DNA of 64,000 nt from Planctomycetota bacterium (GTDB lineage: Bacteria > Planctomycetota > B15-G4 > SIAN01), in the NCBI GenBank assembly GCA_031409275.1, contig JANNXA010000055.1:96001-160000 (forward strand), written 5' to 3'. The notes under the pieces were generated by a model. It had not been told where the DNA came from. It ran no database searches and worked only from the letters and a program-made list of their open reading frames with translations. Each line of letters begins with the position of its first letter. The first letter of the stretch is position 1. Position numbers and translations under genes: made by a program. Positions 18,841 to 28,122 of this stretch are shown here, piece after piece.

Positions 18841-20796
18841 ATGTCGCTGCGCCTGATGCTCTGTCGTACCTGGTTCGCCCTCGCTGCCTTGACGGCGACC
18901 ACGCCGCTTGCCATCGCTCAGGCGGGCGGTCTGAAGAGCGTCATCGACGACGGCCTCGCCGAGCTCGCGCGCCGGCAAGCGCCGGACGGCTCTTACGGCG
19001 ACGCGGTGACGACCGCGGATGCCGTGCTGGCGTTCTGCGAATCCCCGCGACGCTACGGCGAAGCGGATGGCCCGTTCGTCCGCCGGGCGATCGATTGGCT
19101 GACGAGCCAGGTCGATCCGCAAGGGCGCCCGCTCGGCGGCGGGTCGATCCACGAGCAGGTCGCGATCGCGGGCTGGATCACCGAAGCGCTCGCCCGCTCG
19201 AAGCGCCCGGAAGCGGTCGCGGCGCGCGAACGGCTGGCCCGCTTCCTCGACAGCGCCGAGGTGAAAGGGCGCGAAGCGGCGCCGATTCCCGCGGCCGAGT
19301 TCGAGCGGACCTTCGTGCTGCCCGCGGCAGCGGACGCGCTGAAGCAGGGGCTCTCCCCCATCACGCAGGTGCTTTCCAGCGTTCGCGGAGTCCAACCCAG
19401 CGAGTTCGATCGCTGGCTGCGCGCCTCCCCGTCGATCCTGCGCGGCATCGCCAGGAACGCGCCCGATCTCCTGCTGCAGACCACGCTCAGCGAGGGCGAG
19501 CACTGGAGCAAGGTGCTGGGGGACGTGATCCTGCGCGCGAGTCATGCGCCGGCGGGATTCGAGGAACTGCCGCCGCGCGATCTCGCTGCGTCCGCGCGCG
19601 CGCTCACCGTATGCCTCGAGCATGAACCGAAGGTCGCCGGTGGTTCGGGCAGCGGCGGACCGCCCAAGCCGGTCGGCACTCCGCGCGTCGTGAAAGGCGA
19701 GCTCGACGCCGCCTGGCGCGAAGCGGCCACCGGCGCGCTCGCCTATCTCGCAACGCAGCAGAAGGAGGGGCGCTTCGGGTTCATGGGACGCGAAGACGCC
19801 GGCATCACCGCACTCGCCCTCGCGTCCGTCCTGCGCACCGGCAAGCGGCTCGGCCAGGAGCCGCCGGCTTGGTGCGCGACCGGCCTCGACTACCTCGTCT
19901 CGCTGCAGAAGGAGAATGGCTCGATCCACTCCGGCGGGCTCGCCGTCTACACGACGTCGGCCGCGATGATGGCGCTGTCGCAAAGCGGTCGCGCCTCCGA
20001 TCAGGCGGTGCTCGAACGCGGCGCCCTCTTCCTCAAGGTGGTCCAGCGCGACGAAGGCGAAGGCTACGACCGCGACTCGGACTGGGGCTACGGCGGCATC
20101 GGCTACGGCAACGAGCTGCGCCCCGACCTGTCGAACACGCAGTTCGGACTCGAAGGGATGAAGGCGGCCGGCGTACCCGCCGACGACCCGGCGATGCAGC
20201 GCGCGATCCTCTTCCTGCAGCGCTGCCAGAACAGCGTCGAGGCCAACCCGGTCGCGATCGAGCGCGCCGATGGCCGCGTGGTCGTCGCCGGCAACGACGG
20301 CGGCGCCGGTTACCACCCCGGCGAAAGCAAGGCGGGGCTCGTGGCGAACCCCGACGGGACGTTCACGACGCGCAGCTACGGGTCGATGACGTACGCGCTG
20401 CTCAAGTGCTACCTCTTCGCCGGATTGCCGCGCGACGACGCGCGCGTCCAGGCGGCGCTTTCGTGGATCGCGAAGAACTGGACGGTCGAGCTCAACCCCG
20501 GCTTCGATCCAGCGAGCGCACAGGGAGCGGAATACCAGGGGCTCTTCTACTACTGGTTCACGATGGCCAAGGCGCTCGACGCGAGCGGCCTCGAGACGTT
20601 GACGACGCCCGATGGCAAGGAGCACCACTGGCGCGACGAGTTGCTGGCGAAGCTGCTCTCCATCTCCTACCAGGAGGGCTTCTGGACCAACCAGAAGTCG
20701 AGCCGCTGGATGGAGGAGTTCCCGGTGCTGGCGACGAGCTACGCGCTGGCGGCGATGGACCACTGCCTGCCGCCGGATCGCGCAACGCAGCGCTGA
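18841..20796 (+). CDS. exported prenyltransferase/squalene-oxidase-repeat (alpha/alpha toroid) protein
   Basis: Signal peptide; QW-like repeats LARRQAPDGSY, YLVSLQKENGSI, FLQRCQN, GGIGYG..PDLSNT, YGSMT. Confidence 0.8.
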   Translation: MSLRLMLCRTWFALAALTATTPLAIAQAGGLKSVIDDGLAELARRQAPDGSYGDAVTTADAVLAFCESPRRYGEADGPFVRRAIDWLTSQVDPQGRPLGGGSIHEQVAIAGWITEALARSKRPEAVAARERLARFLDSAEVKGREAAPIPAAEFERTFVLPAAADALKQGLSPITQVLSSVRGVQPSEFDRWLRASPSILRGIARNAPDLLLQTTLSEGEHWSKVLGDVILRASHAPAGFEELPPRDLAASARALTVCLEHEPKVAGGSGSGGPPKPVGTPRVVKGELDAAWREAATGALAYLATQQKEGRFGFMGREDAGITALALASVLRTGKRLGQEPPAWCATGLDYLVSLQKENGSIHSGGLAVYTTSAAMMALSQSGRASDQAVLERGALFLKVVQRDEGEGYDRDSDWGYGGIGYGNELRPDLSNTQFGLEGMKAAGVPADDPAMQRAILFLQRCQNSVEANPVAIERADGRVVVAGNDGGAGYHPGESKAGLVANPDGTFTTRSYGSMTYALLKCYLFAGLPRDDARVQAALSWIAKNWTVELNPGFDPASAQGAEYQGLFYYWFTMAKALDASGLETLTTPDGKEHHWRDELLAKLLSISYQEGFWTNQKSSRWMEEFPVLATSYALAAMDHCLPPDRATQR

Positions 20797-20826
20797 AGCG
20801 CTTCGGCCGCCACTGACCCGAACGAA

Positions 20827-20861
20827 GCGCGCGGGCGCCGCTGACAGCGACGCCCGCGCGC
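20827..20861. terminator. long hairpin, probable bidirectional terminator between convergent genes
   Basis: GCGCGCGGGCG-C-CGCT-GAC-AGCG-A-CGCCCGCGCGC. Confidence 0.7.
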
Positions 20862-20912
20862 ATTTCGATTCCGTTCGAGCGGGAGTTCAGCCCTTGCTCG
20901 AAGCGCCTGCGC

Positions 20913-22772
20913 TCACGCGCCCTGCGCCCCCTGGGCCCCCTCCGCGATCTCGTTGTAGTTGTTCTTGGCGCGCTTGCGCTCCTTCTCATCGAGGAGGATC
21001 TTGCGCATGCGCAACGACTTCGGCGTGACCTCGACGAGTTCGTCGTCGTCGATGTACTCGAGGCACTCCTCGAGCGAGAGGCGCTTCGACGGCGCGACGA
21101 CCAGTTTGCGGTCGGCGCCCGACGAGCGCATGTTGGAGAGCTTCTTCGTCTTGGTGACGTTGACCACGATGTCGACGCCGCGGCAGTGCTCGCCGACCAG
21201 CTGCCCGACGTAGATCTGATCGCCGTTCTCGACGAAGAAGTCGCCGCGATCCTGCAACGCGTCGAGCGAGTAGGCGGCGACCGTGCCGCCCTCGACCGCG
21301 ACCTGCACGCCACCCTGGCGCTCGCCGATCGGCCCCTTCCACGGCTGGTAGCCGAAGAAGCTCGAGTGGAGCACTGCCTCGCCGGTCGTCGCCGAGAGCA
21401 GCTTGGTGCGCAGCCCGACGATGCCGCGCGACGGGATCGCGATCTCGAGATGGGTCATCATCTCGCCCGCCGATTCCATCTTCTGCACCTCGCCGCGACG
21501 GCCGCCGACGAGTTCGATCACCTTGCCCGCCCACGGCGTGCGCACATCGACGATCAGGAGCTCGATCGGCTCGTTCTTGACGCCGTCGATGTCGCGCGTG
21601 ATCACGCGCGGTTTGCCGACCTGGAACTCGTAGCCCTCGCGCCGCATCGTCTCGAGGAAGACGCCGAGGTGGAGCACGCCGCGGCCGGCGATCCGCCAGC
21701 TCTCGGAACTCTCCCCGCGCTCGACGCGCAGCGAGACGTTACTGCGCAGCTCGCGCTCGAGGCGCTCGCGCAGGTGGCGGGAGGTGACGAACTGCCCCTC
21801 CTGGCCCGCGAACGGCGAATCGTTCACGTAGAGGATCATCGACATCGTCGGCTCCTCCACGGCGATGGCGGGCATCGCCTGTGGGTTGGCCGGGTCAGCG
21901 ATCGTGTCGGAGATCTCGAGGTCGTAGTCCGCGGCGACCAGGGCGGCGATGTCGCCGCACTGGATCCGATCGGCGCGCACCCGCTCCATGCTCTCGAAGG
22001 TGAAGAGCTCCTGGATTCGCGTCCGCACGATCTTCCCGTCGCGCTTCACGATGACGATCGGCTGGTTCAGCGCGAGCGTGCCGGTGTAGACGCGGCCGAC
22101 GCCGATGCGGCCGACGTACTCGCTGTGGTCGAGCAGCGTGACCTGGAAGCGCGGCGGCTCGTCATCGCGCGCCGGCGGCGGCGGAATGCGTTCCAAGATC
22201 GACTGGAACAGCGGCGTCATGTCCATGTTCCCGTCGTCGGGCTCGTTGCGCGCGTAGCCGGCGCGGCCCGAGGCGTAGATCACCGGGAAGTCGAGCAGTC
22301 CGTCGTCGTGCGTGAGCTCGCAGAAGAGGTCGAACACCTCGTCGAGCACCTTGCGGCAGCGCTGATCGGGCCGGTCGATCTTGTTGATGACGACGATCGG
22401 CTTGAGCTTCTTCTCGAGCGCCTTCGAAAGGACGAAGCGCGTCTGCGGCATCGGCCCTTCGGCCGCATCGACGAGCAGCAGGCAGCCGTCGGCCATCGAC
22501 AGCACGCGCTCGACCTCGCCTCCGAAGTCGGAGTGGCCTGGCGTGTCGATGTTGTTGATCTTGGTGCCGCCCCACTGGATGGCGGTGTTCTTCGCGAGGA
22601 TCGTGATGCCGCGCTCACGTTCCTGGTCGTTGCTGTCGAGCAGCCGTTCGGTGGGCCCGCCTTTGCGGACCTTGAACGATCCGGCCGCCTGCAGGAGACG
22701 ATCGACGAGGGTCGTCTTGCCGTGGTCGACGTGGGCGATGATCGCGATGTTGCGGATGCGTGCGTAGCTCAT
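20913..22772 (-). CDS. typA: translational GTPase TypA/BipA
   Basis: [46 protein letters not shown]. Confidence 0.97.
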   Translation of the reverse strand: MSYARIRNIAIIAHVDHGKTTLVDRLLQAAGSFKVRKGGPTERLLDSNDQERERGITILAKNTAIQWGGTKINNIDTPGHSDFGGEVERVLSMADGCLLLVDAAEGPMPQTRFVLSKALEKKLKPIVVINKIDRPDQRCRKVLDEVFDLFCELTHDDGLLDFPVIYASGRAGYARNEPDDGNMDMTPLFQSILERIPPPPARDDEPPRFQVTLLDHSEYVGRIGVGRVYTGTLALNQPIVIVKRDGKIVRTRIQELFTFESMERVRADRIQCGDIAALVAADYDLEISDTIADPANPQAMPAIAVEEPTMSMILYVNDSPFAGQEGQFVTSRHLRERLERELRSNVSLRVERGESSESWRIAGRGVLHLGVFLETMRREGYEFQVGKPRVITRDIDGVKNEPIELLIVDVRTPWAGKVIELVGGRRGEVQKMESAGEMMTHLEIAIPSRGIVGLRTKLLSATTGEAVLHSSFFGYQPWKGPIGERQGGVQVAVEGGTVAAYSLDALQDRGDFFVENGDQIYVGQLVGEHCRGVDIVVNVTKTKKLSNMRSSGADRKLVVAPSKRLSLEECLEYIDDDELVEVTPKSLRMRKILLDEKERKRAKNNYNEIAEGAQGAQGA

Positions 22773-22789
22773 CTCGTATCCAAACGGGA

Positions 22790-22820
22790 GGCCCGAAGAC
22801 GGGAATTCCGTCCTCGGGCC
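22790..22820 (-). terminator. 13-bp stem-loop between gdhA and typA
   Basis: Minus strand GGCCCGAGGACGG-AATTC-CCGTCTTCGGGCC followed by TCCCGTTT. Confidence 0.55.
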
Positions 22821-22858
22821 AACCGGACTCCATCAGGGGCGGGCGGAAGGCGACTCGG

Positions 22859-24115
22859 TCAGGCGTAGATCCCGCGCAGCTTGTAGACCTGCGCGACGCG
22901 ATCGACCGAGAGCATGTAGGCGCCGATGCGCAACGAAGTCTTGTGCTTCGCGGCGGTGTCGGCGACCTCGTGGAACGAACGGTGCATGACCTCGTCGAGG
23001 CGCTGGTTCACTTCGGCCTCGGGCCAGAAGAAGCCCATGCGGTCCTGCACCCACTCGAAGTAGGAGACCGTGACGCCGCCAGCGTTGGCGAGGATGTCGG
23101 GGACGACCTGGACGCCCTTCGACTCGAGGATCTTGTCGGCCTCGTCGGTGGTCGGGCCGTTGGCCCCCTCGATGATCAGCTTGGCCTGGATCTTGGGCGC
23201 GTTGACCTCGGTGATCTGGTTCTCGATCGCGGCCGGCACCAGCACGTCGCACGGAAGGGTGAGGAGATCGGACGGATCGATGGCCTGCGCTTCGGGATAG
23301 CCGACCACGAACTTGTTCTTCGCGACCCAGTCGCGCAGCTTGGTGATGTCGATGCCGTTGGCGTTGTAGACCGCGCCGCGCACGTCGCTGATGCCGACGA
23401 CCTTGATGCCGGCCTCATGGAAGTAGCGCGCCGAGGTCGCGCCGACGTTTCCGAAGCCCTGCACGACGACGCGGGCGGTGCGCAGGTCGAGGCCGAAGCG
23501 ATTGGCCGCGTGCTGCAGGATGTCGAAGACGCCGCGCCCGGTCGCATCGGCGCGACCACGCGAGCCACCCAGCAGCAACGGCTTGCCGGTGACCACCGCC
23601 GTCGAGTTCTCCCCCTTGCGCATGGAGTAGGTGTCCATCACCCACGCCATGACCTTGTCATTGGTGCCGACGTCGGGAGCGGGGACGTCGCGATCGGGGC
23701 CGATGATGTCGGCGATCGCCGCGGTGTAGCGGCGCGTCAGCATCTCGAGCTCGCGCATCGAGAGGCGCGTCGGGTCGACGATGATGCCGCCCTTGCCGCC
23801 ACCGAAGGGCAGGTTCACCACCGAGCACTTCCAGGTCATCCAGGCGGCGAGCGCCTTCACTTCCTGCAAGTTGACGTTGATGTCGTAGCGAATGCCGCCC
23901 TTGCACGGCCCCATGGCTCGACTGTGCTGAACGCGGTAACCGGTGAAGACCTCGACCTTCCCGTTGTCCATCACGACCGGGATCGACACCTTCAGCTCGA
24001 GGTCAGGCTCGGCCAGGATCTTCCAGACGTTCTCGTCGAGGCTCAGCCGACGCGCCGCTTCGTTGAAGCGCTTCAGCATCTCCTGCCAAGGATCCTTCGC
24101 GTTCGTCTGGCTCAT
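22859..24115 (-). CDS. gdhA: Glu/Leu/Phe/Val dehydrogenase (glutamate dehydrogenase)
   Basis: GPCKGGIRY, MTWKC, PFGGGKGG, DVPAPD, QGFGNVG, EGANGP, NAGGVTVSYFEWVQ. Confidence 0.93.
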   Translation of the reverse strand: MSQTNAKDPWQEMLKRFNEAARRLSLDENVWKILAEPDLELKVSIPVVMDNGKVEVFTGYRVQHSRAMGPCKGGIRYDINVNLQEVKALAAWMTWKCSVVNLPFGGGKGGIIVDPTRLSMRELEMLTRRYTAAIADIIGPDRDVPAPDVGTNDKVMAWVMDTYSMRKGENSTAVVTGKPLLLGGSRGRADATGRGVFDILQHAANRFGLDLRTARVVVQGFGNVGATSARYFHEAGIKVVGISDVRGAVYNANGIDITKLRDWVAKNKFVVGYPEAQAIDPSDLLTLPCDVLVPAAIENQITEVNAPKIQAKLIIEGANGPTTDEADKILESKGVQVVPDILANAGGVTVSYFEWVQDRMGFFWPEAEVNQRLDEVMHRSFHEVADTAAKHKTSLRIGAYMLSVDRVAQVYKLRGIYA

Positions 24116-24287
24116 GGGCTTGGGTTGCGTCCAAGGGGCATGGAAGGCGGTGCAGCGCAGGCGCGCCGCTCCCGGCCGGTGGAAAAGGGCCGGAAGGACT
24201 ACCAAGTGCGCCCCGGGGCGGCAAGGGCGCAGGGGACGCGCCGGGCGCGGAACGGTCAGAAGCTTCTGCGCCTTCGCGTGCGCGGAG

Positions 24288-24373
24288 TGAGGGAGGCGGG
24301 GATCGAACCCGCACGACCGATGAAGGTCGCCGGATTTTAAGTCCGGCGCGTCTGCCAGTTCCGCCACTCCCCC
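24288..24373 (-). tRNA. tRNA-Leu (anticodon UAA), long variable arm, CCA not encoded
   Basis: GGGGGAGTGGCGGAACTGGCAGACGCG-CCGGA-CTTAAAA-TCCGG-...GGTTCGATCC..CTCCCTCA folds as a cloverleaf. Confidence 0.95.
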
Positions 24374-24433
24374 GCGACCGCTCTGCCGCTCGTCGCCATC
24401 GGCCAGCGCCGCCGGCCACGCCACGGCCACCGC

Positions 24434-24440
24434 TACCATA
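24434..24440. promoter_or_regulatory. overlapping divergent -10 elements (TACCAT on +, TATGGT on -)
   Basis: TACCATA lies 5-6 nt upstream of the radical SAM ATG and about 60 nt upstream of tRNA-Leu on the other strand. Confidence 0.45.
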
Positions 24441-24445
24441 CTTCG

Positions 24446-26347
24446 ATGATCACCTCGCCGAGTTCCGCGCCGCGTCTTTCCGGAGAGCGGCTGTTCGCGC
24501 GCATTCGTCCGTTGCTGGCCGGCGTCCAGACCCCGGCGTGGTACGTCGGCGGCGAAGTGAACGAGGTCGTGAAGGATCCCGAGACGCTCGCTGGCCGCGT
24601 CGCGCTCATCTATCCCGACAACTACCAGATCGGGATGAGCCACTACGGCCTGAAGCTGCTCTACCACGTCGTCAACCTCGAGCAGGACCTCGCGGCCGAA
24701 CGCTGCTTCACGCCGTTCCCCGACTTCGCCGATCGGCTCCGCCGCGCAGGGATCCCGCTCCACTCGCTCGAAACCAAGACGCCGCTCGCCGACTTCGACC
24801 TGCTCGCCTTCACGCTGCAGGCGGAACTCACGCTCACCAACGTCCTCGAGACGCTCTCGCTCGCAGGTATCCCGCTGCGCGCGAGCGAACGCGCGCCCGA
24901 TTCGCCGCTGATCGTCGCGGGCGGCGCCGGCGCGTGGAACCCGCAGACGTTGGCCGAAGTCGTCGACCTCTATGTCGTCGGCGACGGCGAAGAGGTGATC
25001 GTCCCGCTGCTGCGACTCGCCGCGCAACTGCGACGCGCCGGCGTCTCGCGCAACGAGGCGATCGTGCAGATGGTGGCCCGTTTCGCCAACGTCTACGCCC
25101 CGTCGCTCTACGAAGAGCAGTACCGTCCCGACGGCCGGCTTGCCGGCTACAAGCCGCTGCGCGCCGAACTTCCGGAACGCGTCCGCGGCGCCTACGTCTT
25201 CGACCTCGACGCCACACCGTTCCCGACCGCGCCGATCGTTCCGCACACGCGCGTGATCCACGATCGCGTCTCGCTCGAGGTGATGCGCGGCTGCGTCCAC
25301 GGCTGTCGCTTCTGCCAGGCCGGGATGATCACCCGGCCGTGGCGCATCCGCAGTCCGCAGAAGCTCCTCGAACTGGCGCGCGCGAGCTACCGCGCGACCG
25401 GCGTCGACGAGATCGGACTGCTCTCGCTCTCCACGTCCGACTATCCCTACCTGCAGCAGACGATCGCGCTGCTGCGCGAGGAGTTCGCCGGCAAGGAGGT
25501 CCACCTCTCCCTGCCCTCGTTGCGCGTGAACGAGCAGCTGCGGCTGCTTCCGTTCGAGAATGGCGAAGGGCGCAAGGGCGGCCTCACGCTGGCGCCCGAA
25601 GTGGCCACCGACCGCCTGCGTCAGATGGTCAACAAGCCGATCAAGAACGAGGACCTCTACGCTGGCGTGCGCGAGGCATTCAAGAACGGCTGGGACCACG
25701 TGAAGCTCTACTTCATGATCGGCGTCCCCGGCGAGATCGAGTCGGACGTCGACGGCATCGTCGAGATGGCCGAGACCTGCGCGCGCATCGGCAAGGAGAT
25801 CCATGGCCGGTACGCCGAGGTGCATGCCGCCGTCTCGACCTTCGTGCCCAAGCCCTTCGTTCCGTACCAGTGGGACGCGATCCTCCCGCTCGACGAGATC
25901 CGCGCGCGCCAGCGCTACCTGATCAGCCTGAAGCGCATCAAGAGCGTGCGCATCGATTGCCACCGACCCGAGCAGTCGTTCCTCGAAGCGATCCTCGCGC
26001 GCGGCGATCGCCGCATCGGCCGCGTCGTGCTGCGCGCCCACGAGCTCGGCGCGCGCTTCGACGAATGGGGCGAGCACTTCGACGCGACGCGCTGGCATCA
26101 GGCCTTCGCGGATTGCGGCATCGACTGGGCGGCCGAGGCGACGCGACCGCTCGAGTTCGACGACGCGCTGCCCTGGGACATGCTCGACGCCGGACCGAGC
26201 AAGGAGTACCTGATCGAGGAGGCGAAGAAGTCTCGCGCCGAGCGCAGCACGCAGAACTGCTTCGGCGCCGCGTGCAACAAGTGCGGCGTCGATGCGAAGG
26301 ACTGCTTCGACTTGAAGCACGCGATGCCGCTGCTCTTGCAGCGCTGA
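24446..26347 (+). CDS. uncharacterised B12-binding-like radical SAM protein (TIGR03960-like)
   Basis: PAWYVGGEVN, YPDNYQIGMSH, RGCVHGCRFCQAG (CxxxCxxC), LKLYFMIG-like segment, C-terminal Cys cluster CFGAACNKCG. Confidence 0.88.
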   Translation: MITSPSSAPRLSGERLFARIRPLLAGVQTPAWYVGGEVNEVVKDPETLAGRVALIYPDNYQIGMSHYGLKLLYHVVNLEQDLAAERCFTPFPDFADRLRRAGIPLHSLETKTPLADFDLLAFTLQAELTLTNVLETLSLAGIPLRASERAPDSPLIVAGGAGAWNPQTLAEVVDLYVVGDGEEVIVPLLRLAAQLRRAGVSRNEAIVQMVARFANVYAPSLYEEQYRPDGRLAGYKPLRAELPERVRGAYVFDLDATPFPTAPIVPHTRVIHDRVSLEVMRGCVHGCRFCQAGMITRPWRIRSPQKLLELARASYRATGVDEIGLLSLSTSDYPYLQQTIALLREEFAGKEVHLSLPSLRVNEQLRLLPFENGEGRKGGLTLAPEVATDRLRQMVNKPIKNEDLYAGVREAFKNGWDHVKLYFMIGVPGEIESDVDGIVEMAETCARIGKEIHGRYAEVHAAVSTFVPKPFVPYQWDAILPLDEIRARQRYLISLKRIKSVRIDCHRPEQSFLEAILARGDRRIGRVVLRAHELGARFDEWGEHFDATRWHQAFADCGIDWAAEATRPLEFDDALPWDMLDAGPSKEYLIEEAKKSRAERSTQNCFGAACNKCGVDAKDCFDLKHAMPLLLQR

Positions 26348-26361
26348 ATCGCTCGCCGACC

Positions 26362-28122
26362 GTGCCTTCCCGCCGCGCCTCGCTCGCGCCGTTCCGCCAT
26401 GCATGGCCGCACTTGTGGCGACATCGCCGCAGCCTCCTGGTCGGAGCGGCGTGCCTGCTGCCGTCGACCGGGTTCGACCTGCTGATCCCCTGGATCTGGA
26501 AGCAGGGACTCGACAGCGCCATCGCCCGCACCGCGACGGGCGGCCGCCTGCTTGCCGTCGGAGTTGGCGCCGTCGGCCTCGGGCTCGCGTCGGGGTCGCT
26601 CAAGTACCTGATGCGCAAACGGCTGGTCGGCGCGAGCCGCGACTTCGAGCGCGACCTGCGCCTCGCCCTCCACGAGAAGCTGCTCACGCTGCCGGCGCGT
26701 TGGTTCGCCCGCTCGACCGTCGGCGACATCACCTCCCGCCTCTCGCAGGACATCGAAGCGGTCCGCATGGCGCTCGGGCCCGGCTCGATGTACGTGCTTT
26801 CTGCGGTCGTCACCGTGATCGCGTCGTTCACCGCGATGGTGCTGGTCGATCCGTGGCTGACACTCTGCCTCGCGACCCCGTTGGTGCTGCTCGGCAGCGC
26901 CGCGCTGTGGATCGCTCCGCGGCTCGGACACGCCTCCGACGCCGTGCAGGAAGCGATCGGCAAGATCTCTTCGGCCTCGACGGAGAGCTTCGCCGGCGTG
27001 CGGGTGCTCAAGGCATTCTGCGGCGAAGAGCGGCAGCTTGGCCGCATGGAGCAGCTGTCGCGCCGCTACTTCGATGCCCAGCTCAAGCTGGCGCGAGCGC
27101 GCGGCGGAATGATGGCGCTGCTCTACCTGGTGAAGGACGCGTCGCTCTTCGTCATCCTGCTGGTGGGCGGCCTCTCGATCGGCGCCGGCCACGCCACGGT
27201 CGGCGACCTCATCCTGTTTCGCGATTGGCTGCTCTCGTGCTTCTGGCCGCTGGTCACGTTCGGCTGGATCGTCTCGATGGTCCAGCGCGCCGCGGCCGGG
27301 ATGCGCCGCATCGCCGACGTCTTCGAGGCGCCGACGCTGCCCGCGCCAGCGCACCCGCGCGAGCTCCCGGCCGATGGTCCGCTCGCGCTCGAGTGGAGCC
27401 ACGTCACCGTCGAGGGCGAAGGTCGCCGGCTGCTCGACGACGTCTCGCTGGCGGTCCCCGCCGGCGGATCGCTCGGCATCACTGGACGCACCGGCGCCGG
27501 CAAGAGCCTGTTGCTGCAGCTGGTGCCGCGCCTCTTCGACCCCGACGGCGGCGCCATCCTGGTCGGCGGCATCGATGCGCGCGAACTCGACGTCAACGCA
27601 CTGCGCGGCCGGCTCGCGGCGGTCACGCAGGAGCCATTCCTGTTCGCCGAGTCGCTGCGCGACAACCTCCGCTTCGGCCGCCCCGACGCCGACGACACCG
27701 CGATCGATGCGGCCACTCGGCGCGCCGGGCTCGCCGACGAGATCGCGAGCTTTCCGGCAGGCCTTGACACGCGGATCGGCGAGCGCGGGGTCACGCTTTC
27801 CGGCGGTCAGCGACAGCGCGCCACGCTCGCGCGCGCGCTGCTGCGCGGCGGAGCGCTCCTGCTCATCGATGACGGCTTCTCGGCGGTCGATGCGGAGACC
27901 GAGGCGAAGGTCCTGTCGGAACTGCGGGTCGCAAGCGGCGGCGCCACCACGGTCGTCGTGTCGCATCGAGTCGCGGCGCTGCGCGGCCAGGATCGCGTCG
28001 CGGTGATCGAGGATGGTCGCCTCGTCGAATACGGTCCGCCCGCCGAACTGCTCGCGCGTGGAGGCGCCTACGCGCGACTCGCGCGCGACCAGCAGCTCCT
28101 CGAGGAGCTCGAGACGCTGTGA
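26362..28122 (+). CDS. ABC exporter, fused TMD-NBD (MdlA-like half)
   Basis: TM region; GRTGAGKS, LSGGQRQR, Walker B LLIDD (non-canonical). Confidence 0.9.
   Translation: MPSRRASLAPFRHAWPHLWRHRRSLLVGAACLLPSTGFDLLIPWIWKQGLDSAIARTATGGRLLAVGVGAVGLGLASGSLKYLMRKRLVGASRDFERDLRLALHEKLLTLPARWFARSTVGDITSRLSQDIEAVRMALGPGSMYVLSAVVTVIASFTAMVLVDPWLTLCLATPLVLLGSAALWIAPRLGHASDAVQEAIGKISSASTESFAGVRVLKAFCGEERQLGRMEQLSRRYFDAQLKLARARGGMMALLYLVKDASLFVILLVGGLSIGAGHATVGDLILFRDWLLSCFWPLVTFGWIVSMVQRAAAGMRRIADVFEAPTLPAPAHPRELPADGPLALEWSHVTVEGEGRRLLDDVSLAVPAGGSLGITGRTGAGKSLLLQLVPRLFDPDGGAILVGGIDARELDVNALRGRLAAVTQEPFLFAESLRDNLRFGRPDADDTAIDAATRRAGLADEIASFPAGLDTRIGERGVTLSGGQRQRATLARALLRGGALLLIDDGFSAVDAETEAKVLSELRVASGGATTVVVSHRVAALRGQDRVAVIEDGRLVEYGPPAELLARGGAYARLARDQQLLEELETL

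Noticed and set aside
22859..26404. Apparent 1181-aa GDH fusion
   Set aside because: The upstream part is antisense to the radical SAM gene and runs through a tRNA; the real gdhA starts at 24115. The same artefact extends the gap, Hsp90, lpxC, prs and cinA ORFs.
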